Shown one piece after another: positions 1 through 12,820 of a stretch of DNA of 64,000 nucleotides. The translations under genes and the position numbers were made by a program. Source of the DNA: Eledone cirrhosa (taxonomy: Eukaryota); NCBI GenBank assembly GCA_964016885.1, contig OZ024743.1, positions 313,534,001 through 313,598,000 on the forward strand, in the 5' to 3' direction. How positions within the stretch are numbered: position 1 is the first letter of the stretch; each line of letters begins with the position of its first letter. Below the pieces are notes generated by a model, which worked only from the letters and a program-made list of their open reading frames with translations, had not been told where the DNA came from and searched no databases.

Positions 1-102
1 AGAACACAGCCCATCATACTTTGCTCTACGAGGGCATTTCGAGTGCTCATACGGGTTACCACATACGGACGCTTTAAGCATCCAACACCAATTATATATA
101 TA

Positions 103-142
<40 letters not shown>

Positions 143-675
143 GATAGTTATATAGTTGCACAAGAATTTAATAGTAAACAAATACCATATATGTTAACGC
201 ATTGCTGTATTAGTATTGAAGGTATAGTTTAGATTCTGTTGAAGCAAGATATCAGAAATGGCGATGAAGATATCGCCTTAAGCAATAAACTTACGTATAA
301 CATTCTAAATAAGAATCTTATTAGACAGTTTGACAGTTTCTACTGTAGGCTTTCAAAACAGCGTTTGTGGAAACCATGCAATATTTAGAACACTGCATCA
401 AGTTTCCATAACAACTAAAAATTTTAAAGAGATAATTCCACAGAGAAATTAAATATAATACTGCAGTAATTGGTTTATTATCTCTATACATAAACCAGAA
501 AAGTAGAAAATCTTTCTGCATGTAATCAGTAAATCTAAAATCCCTAATCATTTTATAAATTTCATAAAATTCCCGAACTATAATATTTCTGATGCTTCCG
601 TCAGATATACGTGCCGTGACTGAAATGAACAGGATTATATGCAATATATGTATATATATATGTATATGTGTGTGT

Positions 676-773
<98 letters not shown>

Positions 774-863
774 GCATATACATATACATACATACACATA
801 CACATGTGACTATATATATATATTCACACACACACATATATATATACATAAACATATACACCC

Positions 864-894
<31 letters not shown>

Positions 895-909
895 ATATAC
901 ATATATATT

Positions 910-957
<48 letters not shown>

Positions 958-1076
958 CATATGCATATACATATACATACACATACACATATGACTATAT
1001 ATATATATGCACACATACACATATATATATATATATACATAAACGCATATATATATATTGTATATACATATATATT

Positions 1077-1122
<46 letters not shown>

Positions 1123-1139
1123 TACTTTATATGGTGTGA

Positions 1140-1457
1140 AAGAAACTTGGTATAAGAGGGATAAGTTGTGGTGTGCTGGAGAGAAGGCTGAGATGGTATG
1201 GACATGTGATGCGCATGGAGGATGACCGCTGGGTAAAGAAGTGCCAATAAATCCCAGTAGAAGGAAGACGCTGTAGAGGTAGACCACGAAAAACATGGGC
1301 GGAGGTGGTGAGAGCAGACCTCAGATTACTGAAACTCACCGAGGAGATGACGAAGGACAGGGACAAGTGGAGAGATGCAGTGCTGAATAGGACCCGTCCC
1401 ACCCTTGCAACCAGGGAAAAGCGGACGTAAAATGATGATGATGATGATGATGATGAT
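1140..1457 (+). mobile_element. 3' end of an RTE-clade LINE (5'-truncated) with (GAT)n tail
   Basis: Translation reads [48 protein letters not shown], the typical RTE C-terminus. One internal stop; ends in gatgatgat. Confidence 0.85.
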
Positions 1458-2433
1458 ATATATATATACATATATTTTATATATTTTTTATGTTTTCCGG
1501 TAGTGGTCGTGTGTATGAGAGAGAGAGAGAGAGAGGGAGAGAGTGTGTGAGTGTTTGTGTGAGTGTGTGTATATGTGTGTTTCATTTCTTAAGTGGGGTT
1601 GAATATAAGAAACTGTGGTGTCGTAGTGTTGATGCCCGTAACATATGGTAAAATAAGTTTTAGCACAATAACATGCAACAAATATAACAACCATAATTGT
1701 AACAAAAACACGAATAACAACAGTAATAATACAGAAACAACAACAATCATAATATCGACGAGCCCATCAGTGTTCTTTTGAGAAAACTAAAAAAATAGAA
1801 TCCTTTGTTGACAGTCATAAAACATAGATGGGCAAGGCCGTACGGTTTTTGTTCTTGCAGTGTTAGCGATTTTTGTTGTCGTCAATGTGGTTTTGTGCCT
1901 GCAATTAAGCTGGCTAAATTCTCTGACGCATCCTACGGCAGAGATGGTGATCACCACGCATACTCGCACATACACCACAATAAATCAAGATGATAACTAC
2001 ATTCCATTTCCCCCATGACATTTCCTCCTCACCGCTACAATACCACAGTTCTTCTTCCCCATGCCCACATAAGTAATGAAACAAGCATACACACACATGC
2101 ACCACACATACACACGTACACATGTGCGCAGTGACCCCCCTCCCCACTCCCGAAAAAAAATATATTCAATTTATTCTAGAACATTTCTTCCACAATGTAT
2201 AAAGAACCTTTACCCTTATATGGAAAACTTATCATTTTACCGACACTTAAATCCTCTAAGCCACCCCACTTGCTAAGGTGATGGCCAGACCACGGCAAGT
2301 AGTTTTGTCAACAGTCTGGAGTTAGCTGTTGAAATGGCACGAACTCAGCGCCGGGTTTCTATTCTTTCTAATGTAGTCACACTCTCTTATCCCAAGTATT
2401 GAGTACTTTTTCTAATTTAATACTAATTCAATC

Positions 2434-2495
<62 letters not shown>

Positions 2496-2569
2496 GTCCC
2501 GTAACTCAGGAGTTATGGGACCATTCATACGGCGTTTCTTGGGCATTTTAAGCATGGCAGAGCCCATCC

Positions 2570-2712
2570 CTCTACATGCCTAAGTATAGCAGATTTCTTC
2601 CCGAGAGAGATAGAAAATGAGAGAGAGAGAGGGAAAGAATCGATCCCAGTAGTAGACTGGTACTTTTTTCTCGACCTCCAAGTGATGAAAGGCAAACTGA
2701 CCTCGGCTGGAA
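2570..2712 (-). mobile_element. Partial tRNA-derived SINE (octopus OK-like family)
   Basis: Matches the recurrent motif ctggtacttt..tcgacc..gatgaaaggcaaa..gacctcggc seen in many copies in this window. Confidence 0.6.
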
Positions 2713-3420
2713 TCGCTCCTTTGTCAGTGTTGAACAAACGAGCAACGATGGTTGCTGGACACTACGGCTTAATACGGGATGTTTGTTTACAAACACACCA
2801 AGCATTATAATAAATGTTCGGTGAATCTATACGTACATATATATATGTGTGCATGTATGTATATATATACATACTACAGCACGTCTGTATACATATATGC
2901 ATGTACGTATACATACTTATATTTAATTAACAGCCGTACTAAGAGTGAGAAATGAAATTTCGTTTCATTTTTTCCATTTATCGTTTTCGGTGCGCCCGGC
3001 CGATTAACTCACTCGATATGCAAATTAGGGTGCTCAGCCGTTAATATGCATAAGGAAAGTATATACTTTCAGCCGTTCAATCATCTGTCAGGAAGGTATA
3101 CGGTGCTGACGATAGCTAATAAGCTTGGAACTAGTACATCGTTCCTTTGTAAGCGTTGAACAAAAGCGCAACGATGGTTGCTAAACACTGTACGGCTTAA
3201 TTCGGGATGTTTGTTTACAAACACACCGAGCATTATAATAAATGTCCGTACGTACATTTATTATAAATCCATACGTACATATATATATATTTGTGCATGT
3301 ATGTATATATATACATACTACTGTACGTCTGTATACATATATGTATGTACGTATACATACTTATATTTAAGTAACAGCCGTACTAAGAGTGAGAAATGAA
3401 ATTTCGTTTCATTTTTTCCG
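2712..3420 (+). mobile_element. Retrozyme-like/PLE-type element: ~426-bp monomer with long terminal direct repeat and internal hammerhead
   Basis: 2712-2980 is repeated at 3138-3420; the hammerhead lies at 3100-3142; a further fragment of the family is at ~4285-4340. Confidence 0.75.
3100..3142 (+). ncRNA. Type I hammerhead ribozyme motif (one core mismatch, GGAA for GAAA)
   Basis: acggtg-CTGACGA-t.agct-aata-agct.t-GGAA-ctag-TA-catcgt: 6-bp stem I, stem II, palindromic stem III, GUA site. Confidence 0.75.
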
Positions 3421-3429
3421 TTTATATAT

Positions 3430-3836
3430 ATATATAAAGTTATAAATATAAACTATCGCCGTATTTTGACTAAAGAAATTAAAGAAATGATTTAGCCTGA
3501 TAGTGGGGTTAACTTATAATACGGTGATAGCTTATATTTACAATTTCAAATTCGCTCGCTGTTTCGAAAATATTCTTACTTGACATTACAGTTGCTAAGA
3601 TTATAGCTTCTAATTTGAATGGAAGAAGACGGGTGATGTGTTGGTGTAATGGTAGCATAGTGGTCTGGATAACCAAAGATGTGGTTTCGACTCCCATGTA
3701 CGTCAATACTTATCTTTTTCCATTTCTCCGAGGGTTCTTAACCCCACTATCAGGCTAAATAATTTCTTTAATCAAAATACAGCGATAGCTTATATTTATA
3801 ATTTCAAACTCGCTCGCTGTTTCGAAAATATTCTTA
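3430..3836. mobile_element. (TA)n-embedded element: ~258-bp permuted monomer with direct repeat plus inverted 5' arm, containing a tRNA-like gene
   Basis: 3517-3578 is repeated at ~3775-3836; 3440-3511 is the reverse complement of ~3740-3800; same family as 58842-59062. Confidence 0.7.
3635..3705 (+). tRNA. tRNA-like cloverleaf (anticodon loop CTGGATA), probably an element-borne Pol III module or pseudo-tRNA
   Basis: Acceptor GATGTGT/GTACGTC, D arm GTGT-AATGGTA-GCAT, anticodon arm GTGGT-CTGGATA-ACCAA, T arm GTGGT-TTCGACT-CCCAT; TTTTT ~10 nt downstream. Many G-U pairs. Confidence 0.55.
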
Positions 3837-3853
3837 TATATATATATATATAT

Positions 3854-3900
<47 letters not shown>

Positions 3901-4341
3901 AATACATTAATAAATGATATTAAAATATATTAGATTAATCAATACATAATACATTAGAATTATTGATAGCTTTAACTAGACGTAAATCCAGAGAACGTAT
4001 ATCCAGAGAATTAAATAATTGGATACGCATTACTATAAAAGTCTGCAACTGGGAGACAAGATAAAATGGGTCGCTATCATATTTGAGCCCAGAATATAAC
4101 TATGTACAACATATTCCCTGCAACCTCTCTCTCTCTGATGCGAGGGAAAAAAATGTTCAGAAAGCCTCTTTATTATCCTCATAATTCCAAGATCAAATCT
4201 ATCAATACTGATCAAGTGATGGAAAGCAAGCAATATACGTATATATATCATATATAAGTCTAATATATATATATATATATATTAGGTATCAGCCGTACTA
4301 AGAGTAGGCAATGAAATTTCGTTTCATTCTTTTCCATTTAT

Positions 4342-4387
<46 letters not shown>

Positions 4388-4440
4388 TGAGAGAGAAATA
4401 TATCCATATATATGTATATATATATCCATATATATATGTA

Positions 4441-4541
4441 TACAGGGTGTCCCCAAAATGTATGCCCACTTTGATTACCTGTACAAGCAATATTTATTAG
4501 AATGCTGTGAAGAGTGTATACATTTTTTGGAACATCCTCTA
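4441..4541. mobile_element. Tc1/mariner-type MITE remnant
   Basis: TA-cagggtgtccccaaaatgtatgcccactt ... aagagtgtatacattttttggaacatcctc-TA: imperfect ~29-bp TIRs with TA flanks. Confidence 0.6.
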
Positions 4542-4689
4542 TATATATGTATATATAGTGAAATAGAGCGGGGGAGCTGAGGAGGAGCGAGAGAGATGGA
4601 AAGAGAGAAGGGGAGTGAGGGAGAAATCCACGTGTTGCAGGAGTTTAATTAATTATAGTCACTACAGTTTATGTTTTGTCATTATGTTT

Positions 4690-4865
4690 TGTCACAAGGC
4701 CAGCAATTATCCCAGTGCATTACTGGTACTTTATTTTATCGACCCCGTAAGGATGAAAGGCAAAGTTAACCTCGGCGGGATTTGAACTCAGATGATAAAG
4801 GGACGTAACTATGCTGGAAAGCATGGCGTCCGACCCTCTACCGATACTGCCTATCCGCCGCCCTT
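4690..4865 (-). mobile_element. tRNA-derived SINE (OK-like)
   Basis: Reverse strand has A box tggcagtatcgg-like and B box gagttcaaatcc; shared body ggtcgataaaataaagtaccag. Confidence 0.85.
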
Positions 4866-5749
4866 TTGTCATAATATATGATAAACATCTATCGATGTAA
4901 TGACAAGATAAAGAAACTGAGGAAACATTTAAACGAAAATCATAATAATTTAATTTCCTAAAGGTTAGATTTTTAAAACAACCCGTACAGAGATGTCTGA
5001 TGATAGCTTGTTGGACTAGGCTATATAGTTATTATTAAAGTAACTCCCTGGCTAATGGCTACAGTAGAGTACATGGTAATAAATTAAGAAATCTCAACGT
5101 CATTTTTTCTTATGATCTCCAAGGACTTGTGTAACGGGATTTTACAGTAAAACAACTACTTATCTTGATCTAATGTTGATTCTCACTAGAAGTTTGAAAT
5201 AAAAAAGAAACATTCATCGTGTTTATATATTTGGATTTATACGTGAAAGCACGTGTTCTAGTCATTAGTGTTGTCAAATCACGACCGTTAGAATGTATTT
5301 TTGATTTCTGGACCGAGCGGTACGCTGCGTTTTTTTTAGCAAATACGTTGCTCATTCTGCGAGGAGTTGCGGTAGGCAGACAGTATGATCAATGAAAAGA
5401 CAAATAGAAATATTGTTTCTTTTGCCTGATCTACTGCTTTCTTTTTTTCTATACGTTAACGTAAGATTTAATTTATAATTTAGTGGAAGGATCATGTTTT
5501 AATAAACATAGTATTTTTCCTTTAATATAAATATTAACAAATGTTTAAAATAGTTAAAAGGATTCCTAAAATAATAAAAGTTGTATCTTTGACTGTGAAT
5601 GCAATAACGTATGGAATCAACTACAGCGGATCATGTAAATATGTTATGCTCCCGTCGGACATGTTGGCGAATGTGTTACTGCAACGGTGAGGGAGATGCA
5701 CAGAAACAACCAGTCCGCCTCGCGTAGAATCATATTAAAGAAAATATTT

Positions 5750-6150
5750 TGAAACCAGATTCTTTACCCTGTAGCTATGATGCTGGGATTATTTTCTCCC
5801 ACAAAACTTGCCCACGTTTACTTGAGTAATTAGAGAATATGAAAGAATGGTATTCTCACTAAGAATTTCTTCACATTCTAATCCTCTCAGAAGATAATAT
5901 GTTTGTATGCTTAGCGGTAGGTCAAATATAATCGATTACATTATGTATGTCAGTAAATACGGTATTTACAATTCTGTATCTTGCTCAAAGAGATACATAG
6001 CATCCCAGACGATAGCAGTGGACGAAATTAGAACGTAATTGTCCATCTCTTCAATATTCACACAATACAAAGGAATCTTTCAAAAATCGATTGGTTTAAA
6101 AGGGTCACGTGAAAAGCCGATTATGCTATTAGACTTCTATAACAACAGAA
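5750..6150 (+). pseudogene. Highly decayed piggyBac-like transposase fragment
   Basis: Piecewise translation gives ..FLH.. and PSQTIAVDEI...FTQY..., resembling the piggyBac catalytic DE region. No open frame. Confidence 0.35.
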
Positions 6151-6361
6151 AATTTACTCAGAAAGCATTAATGGAAAATTTCAAAAGACAGGTTATATTT
6201 TATTAATACTGAAACTGTATATAGTATTTTATATATGATATTTTCTATAGAAGTAAGGCAAGCGTACATAGTTTTATATAGGATGCAACTGCGTTAAAAA
6301 CTACACTCCTCGAATACAATATAAAAGCATTAGCAGGTATATATATATTTATGTGTATGTA

Positions 6362-6392
<31 letters not shown>

Positions 6393-6645
6393 CTATAAGC
6401 CTGAGAGTGTATATATATTCCATCATGACAGCCGTCTAATGACAGAAAAAAGTAAAAAAGTGAAAATATAAAAGAACATATATATGTGTGGGCTATAACC
6501 ATCTAGTTTTGTTTCTTAAAATAATATATTTTGTTAAACCGCCAGCCCATCACCTATATAAATGTATATATACTTGTATATGTCTAAATATGTTCATGCA
6601 CACACACACCAGGCACACAAATATATATATACATACATAAATACA

Positions 6646-6703
<58 letters not shown>

Positions 6704-7839
6704 TGTGTGCGCGCACGCGCGTATGTGTCTCTCTCTCTGTGTGTGCACCAAGACTCACTACGTAGCCCTAGTAAATGAGTATGTATATATATATGTGTGT
6801 GTGTCTATGTAAGTGTATCTGTGCGTGTTTGTGTTTATGTGTATGTGTGTGTAATCATACAAGGGAATGTGGATGAGCGTAAATTACCTTTCAACACTAT
6901 TATATGTATCTATAATATTATTAGACTTGCTCTAGATATTGCTCCGTGTGAAGCCATAAGGCTGCAGTATATAATTATCCATGGAATGAGCAATGTTTAA
7001 AACTACTTAAATGGTGATAGTCTGCATTTCAACAGCAATGGCAATTCAATTAATTGTAATCTTAACACAATAAGTATTTAAACAAGAATACATACACATA
7101 CATTCAAACAAATTTACAACAAACACACACACACATATATATATATGTATAGCCATTATTGGTAAATACTTTATCATAAACATTATCCCCGATGTCAAGA
7201 ACTCAAACAAATATCGTCCTTGCACCTAAACCTGACCTAACCTAATAAATATTTTCGACTCTAAACATAGAATAAAAACTAACCTTATTCTTCAGAACCA
7301 TATGCAAAGCCTACTCCCATGAATAACAATCTTTTAACTAGACACGGAAATCAACACCTTAAAGAATAGAAAAACTCAAATACAATTAATATCAAACCAC
7401 AACACCTCCAGCGGTTTAAACGGACCCCAACCTAAGTGTAAGACGTCGAGGGCCAAAAAACTGGAATAAGGCGGGTATCTTATTGGAATACTCCTTACTG
7501 TCTAGCTCCTGAGAGTTTAGCTCTTTTATATAGTTACAAAATCTGACATAACTATATATGGTGGATTTTTTCAAGAGGCATTTCGAAACTTTGCTGTATA
7601 ACAGCTAAGATCAAGTTACAATGCAGCAAAAACATAAATGATGTAGTGTCTAACTTCCTCATGTATCAATGACTAACCATAAGTAAAGATCCCTTTCAGT
7701 CACGAATTCCGAGCAATGTTGTTTGTGAAAACACAGAAGTCGCCCATGCATACAGATCTACAATGTCAACACCACCACCGTGGTCCAAGGAAAAGGCAAT
7801 GGATGATATAGCTTGGAACCAGTCATGACTGAAATCATT

Positions 7840-7952
7840 TCGTCAATCGTTTGAACTGGAAAAGCGTGAAATAGTGTCTTGCTGAAGAACATCGCCTCGC
7901 CTGGGAATCGAACGCACATTATCATGATTAGGAATCCGACGCTCTAACCATT
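7840..7952 (-). mobile_element. tRNA-headed SINE fragment
   Basis: Reverse strand tggttagagcgtcgg...gcgttcgattccc (A/B boxes). Confidence 0.55.
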
Positions 7953-8864
7953 ATACACACGCACACATACACATATATATATAATTTATTTTACACAGCA
8001 GAAAGTTGTTATAGATGATATTTAATATTCACCGATTTAATGTGATAGAAAATGTGCAATGTTTTAATAGCCAAGAGAAAGTGATACACATTTTAAACAT
8101 CAAAGCATAAAACAACATCAACTCTTCCTATATTGTCTTTTCAAAGTAGAGAATTCCGAAATGGTATCGAACATAACGAAAATGCAATTACTATATTCGT
8201 ATATACGGGGGGGGGGGGGGGGGCATATTTTCTTTCAGACATCTATTAATAAAAAAAGAATAATAATATTAAAAAACGCTACCATGTTCTGCTTTTATCT
8301 TTCTTCTTCGGTGTTTTCATATTTTCATATAATTCCCTTGCAGCTTTTAACGTTCAATAATTTGTTCATACTATTATTAAATATATATATACAGTGAACG
8401 AAATGACTATAGGTACATCCATAGAAGTATACATAAATATATCTATTTAAGTATACTCAGTTTATACAGTGATATATGCGCAATATTGCTGTTAGTTATA
8501 AACGTTCGATGCTTGTTAACTACATAGGTTCTAATTCACTGGATACCTTTCTAAGGAAGTGTCTTTGCTATAATCTCGGGTCAACTGAAACCTTGTGAAT
8601 AAAATCGGTCTGGGTAAAAGTTTGTGAAAGCTTGATGTATGGAGTGCACCTATTATTTCATGTTTAGCCTCATCATATATTGTGTCCCGCAGGATTCAGC
8701 CTAGGAATTGCATGAAGGGTACACGTGCTTGTTGAATACTTAATCACGTACACGTTAGATCAGAAGTAGGACGTTCAGTTAATCGTAATAGTAGAATATT
8801 CATCGTTGAAATCAACAGAGGATTAATCAGCATTTAATTATATATTGCCTCGTCCAATATTCTT

Positions 8865-9020
8865 GAGAGCAGCGAATTGGCAGAGTCGTTAGAACGTCGA
8901 ATAGAATGCTACGCGGTACTCTTTTCCGCTTTTTTGGGGGTGAGTTCAGATCCCCACGAGGTCAACTTTGCTTTTCAACCATTCGTGTCGATAAAACATA
9001 TCAGTCTAGTACTGGAGTCG
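8865..9020 (+). mobile_element. tRNA-derived SINE (OK-like), diverged
   Basis: tggcagagtcgttag A box, gagttcagatcc B box, gaggtcaactttgc body. Confidence 0.7.
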
Positions 9021-10063
9021 ATTCATTTTGTAAATATCTTTCTCACTTCCATTCTTTTCACTCTCTATCATTCTCTGGAAGATATCCGCTATATTCTGAT
9101 CTGGAGAAGAAATGGACTCCACCATAGTATAAATAATGCCCTAGTTACGCCGTATGTCAATTTGGTGCCCCTGAAATGACCTCACCAATTATGGGTCCAT
9201 ACCTACATACTATATACTCGAGAATTTGAGTTCAATTGCTGCTTGACTTGTGTTTCATAATTCTAGATGTTGATAAATTAGTACCAGTAACAGTGCAGTG
9301 GTCGGTTTAACCCTTTTCACAGCAAATTACCTCTGTGTCTACGATACTAAGCTGTTCATTTCAATGTTTTATATTTATCTAAATACTGTCTATCAAATAG
9401 CTTCTAATTTAAATACCGTGTAATTTTATGTAAGAATTGTTGTAAGTTATGTTCCAAACAAATATTTAAATTTCAACGTTAGTTACATGTGTATTGCTAA
9501 ATCATTTCCAATTCTTGGTTTTCCTCAAAATTATTTGAAAATAATCACGAATTTGGTGGTGTATTTCTCTATAGAAGGGTTAATTGGAGTCAGTAGAATA
9601 AACACAACTATAATACTTTATCAGAAATCATTACTGAAAATCAATTAGCGCTAAATTATCAACTGTCTAATTAATATTTATGTCAGTTATTTGCAAAATA
9701 GTATTTAATGTATTAATGTGACGACAAAATTAACAAAAAATAATGTTTGGGAAGTAAAAAGCACGAACGCCATATGTAATTGCTGACGAAGCTACAACTC
9801 ATATTAAGAAGTAACTTCAATTACTTAAAAATTATGTCACGTAATTTAGATGATATAATTAAAACGCCGAAAACTTCTGTTAAACATTTAATTTGATAGT
9901 TATGAAATATTTCAGATAGTACTTAATGATATTGTTTTAAAACATTTTTTAACGACAATTCATTTTTAGAGAATATATTTCATCAGCTACCCACACTTCA
10001 AGAGTTGAGGACAAATTATAGAATGAAAATTAAATTTTAATATTGCTTGTTTTAAAATTTCAT

Positions 10064-10450
10064 TTAAGTAGTTATCGAATAACTAAAGGTAATACTTTTA
10101 CGATAAATTACTATGATCAACTCCCAATATGTATTCCGCCCCTCTTTCTGCCATCCACAATCACTGATTTGCCACGACCACATACCGACCACCCTGTTAA
10201 CTTTCAGTACTTCTCGAGAGTTTTCCAGCTCCCTAAGACAGTTGTTAGCTTCCATTTTGGCAGTGACTAGCTGAGAGATACCGTTGCAAATGTTATATTG
10301 TTTAATCTTGAAGAACACCAGTTTTTGTTGATACATACTAGATACGCTTTTGACAAATTCGGGAGAGCTAAGGATCAAAATCGCAATGTTTGTTCTGCAA
10401 AATACGGTATTTGATAGCAATGACATTAACAAACATCTATTGGTCTGCAT
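10064..10450 (-). pseudogene. Possible decayed Mutator-like transposase fragment
   Basis: ORF contains ISDCGWQKEGR, reminiscent of the DGxWQKRG motif of Mutator-like transposases. The rest is weak. Confidence 0.3.
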
Positions 10451-11394
10451 ATTTGGGGCGCTGACACCAAATATACATTCAGCTTTGTTTTACCTGCTCT
10501 AGCTCTAGAGATAAAGAATCCCTTTTGAATGCATTGAAATTAGGGATCCAAGTAACAGCCTTCGTTTTAATGCATTCTGATTTAAAGTGTTGTCGTCGTT
10601 ACTACAAAGTTCGAAGCAGCGAAATAAACAATCAAATATGATACTTTATTAAAGAATGAATATATGGAGATAGCCTTTAATCTATTTTGCACACCATACA
10701 TCTAGTCCATATGAAATTCTAATTTTATTAATTAAAATTAAAATATTTATGTTTGTTTAGCGTAATATTGTTTATACAACATAGTAATTATATATCTTAT
10801 CAGTAAGCTATTAAATCGCATGTTACCTTTCTATTGAAAATAAAATTTTCATTTACGACGTATTTTATGCGCTGTTGGTTTCTATGTTATATATTTTCTG
10901 CACGCTTCGAGGTTTTAGTGTTTTGTTTTATTAGGCGTGTGCTACAGGAAGCTAATTTTAATGGAAAATCAACACAAAGAGTTATCTTTAAAATATGGTA
11001 CATATAAAGATATTTGCATTACTTTAAAAGGAATTATTATCACAATAAAGCTTGAAAAAAATACACAGAAGGAAAACCGAAACAAAGAAACATCTTACAT
11101 AAATCCAGAGTATTTTATGGGATAACACATCTAGAAATCATTTTATCCGTAACAAGCCACGCTGGAATATCATAAATATGAATATAAAAATAAAAGTGGT
11201 TTTCTCGTGATGCTGAGATTCATTGTTATGAAATCTAATGGCGAAATCATTTCGCAGGATACATTGTTCTGGAAAACAAACTGAATGAAATGTGTAATAA
11301 AATACGAAAGTGAAATGCATATTTATAAGTAATTTTGGAAAACGTATCTCCTTCATTCTCTTCAATTTTAACTGTAAAGACTGCTATTACATAC

Positions 11395-11555
11395 AGGCAG
11401 CGAGTTGGCAGAGTTGTCAGAGCAATGGCTCGGATATGTTGCGGTATTAATTTCAGCTCCCTACGTTCTGAGTTCAAATCCTTTCACGATTGCCTTCGTT
11501 TCTTTATCTTCTCGAGGTGAAAAAAACAAGGTACCTGTCGAGTGTTGGAGTGGAT
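11395..11555 (+). mobile_element. tRNA-derived SINE (OK-like), diverged
   Basis: ttggcagagttgtcag ... ctgagttcaaatcc ... ggtacc. Confidence 0.65.
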
Positions 11556-11943
11556 TATTCTTCTCTCTTGTTTGCGTTTTTTCTCTCTCTCTAGGTTTGT
11601 TCCCTTTGACGACAACCTGATATGTGTTTTGAGATCAGTGATCAGACCTTACTTTATTAAGATCGTTTGTCAAACTATTATGATTATGTATCAATAGTTT
11701 ACAAACATTTCTTCTTGTTCGTTTTAATGTGGGCTGCATTGTCTTTTTGGTGAGTATGGTTGTCTTTTGTATGTATAACGTGATTTATGTTATGTAATAT
11801 AGTAGCCAGTATTGATTGTGTAGAATAGTGTGTCCAAATGGGTTATCTAACTAAATGAATCAAGGTGACAGTGTATATATATTAAGGTTACTAACCACAT
11901 AAATGCGTGTTGTTTTCGATAGTAACTTTTATATATACGTAAC

Positions 11944-11995
<52 letters not shown>

Positions 11996-12119
11996 AAAAT
12001 TAAGATAAATCAAAGTGAATTTAATCTAAATCAAATTTATGGGTGTCATGCCAGAAAGGCATGCGCCATATCACCCGTAAAATAAGCTCCAAGATTCTAA
12101 TGAATAGGTCCGAGCATTT

Positions 12120-12301
12120 TATAACAACTAGAAATTGATTAACATATAAAATTAATCATATTATAAGGTATCTATTTTTGAAGTTCTAGTTAACTTTATT
12201 TAGTTACCTACCTAGCTATGTGTGCTTACACACTTGTAAAAATTATCCCCAGTGATTGTTTCATATGTTTATTTATATGTTAATCAATTTCTAGTTGTTA
12301 T
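12120..12301. repeat. Inverted repeat (~30-bp perfect arms) adjacent to (TA)n
   Basis: tataacaactagaaattgattaacatataaa ... tttatatgttaatcaatttctagttgttata. Confidence 0.8.
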
Positions 12302-12329
12302 ATATATATATATATATATATATATCTTT

Positions 12330-12442
12330 ATTACACATAAATGACTTTTATAGGACTCGAACTGATTCATTCGTATGGAATCATAAATATTTCATACGAA
12401 TGAAACAATTCTAGTCATGTAGAAATCATTTCTATGTATAAC
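12330..12442. repeat. Hairpin element, same family as 58379-58499 (3' half of a hammerhead: GAAA-caattctag-TC)
   Basis: cattcgtatg...catacgaatg axis; the right arm cgaatgaaacaattctagtcatgtagaa matches the reverse strand of 58381-58420. Confidence 0.6.
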
Positions 12443-12519
12443 ATAGATGACTATATTCTACCAACGTATTGAGTACATTTTAGAACTATGATTACCCTCG
12501 ACACAATCCAAGAATCTAC

Positions 12520-12598
<79 letters not shown>

Positions 12599-12820
12599 TT
12601 CTTTATTAGTCACAAGGGAACAAAAGAAGGGGACAAATACAAATGGGGAGTTTACATACAGGTATATGAAAATAAAACTATTAATAAAATAACAAATAAC
12701 AATTGAAATCCCCAATAGGAGGGAGGCGTTACATAGGGGTTGCACACACCCCGAAAAAATGTACAACCCTCATCTCCAGGAGCACCAAGAGTGAGTACTC
12801 CCTTCCTCTTTTTCCTCAAC

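Noticed and set aside
585-640. ctgatgc..gtca..tgac.t-gaaa hammerhead-like spacing
   Set aside because: A9 is missing and there is no stem III or cleavage site.
592-1155. ORFs rich in YI/HT/CV (also ~34500-34900, 46160-46640, 56470-57040, 61880-62110)
   Set aside because: Translations of (TA)n, (CA)n and (TACA)n microsatellites; not genes.
4990-5040. CTGATGA followed by a hairpin (tagctt..aggcta)
   Set aside because: No GAAA, stem III or stem I follows, so it cannot be called a hammerhead.
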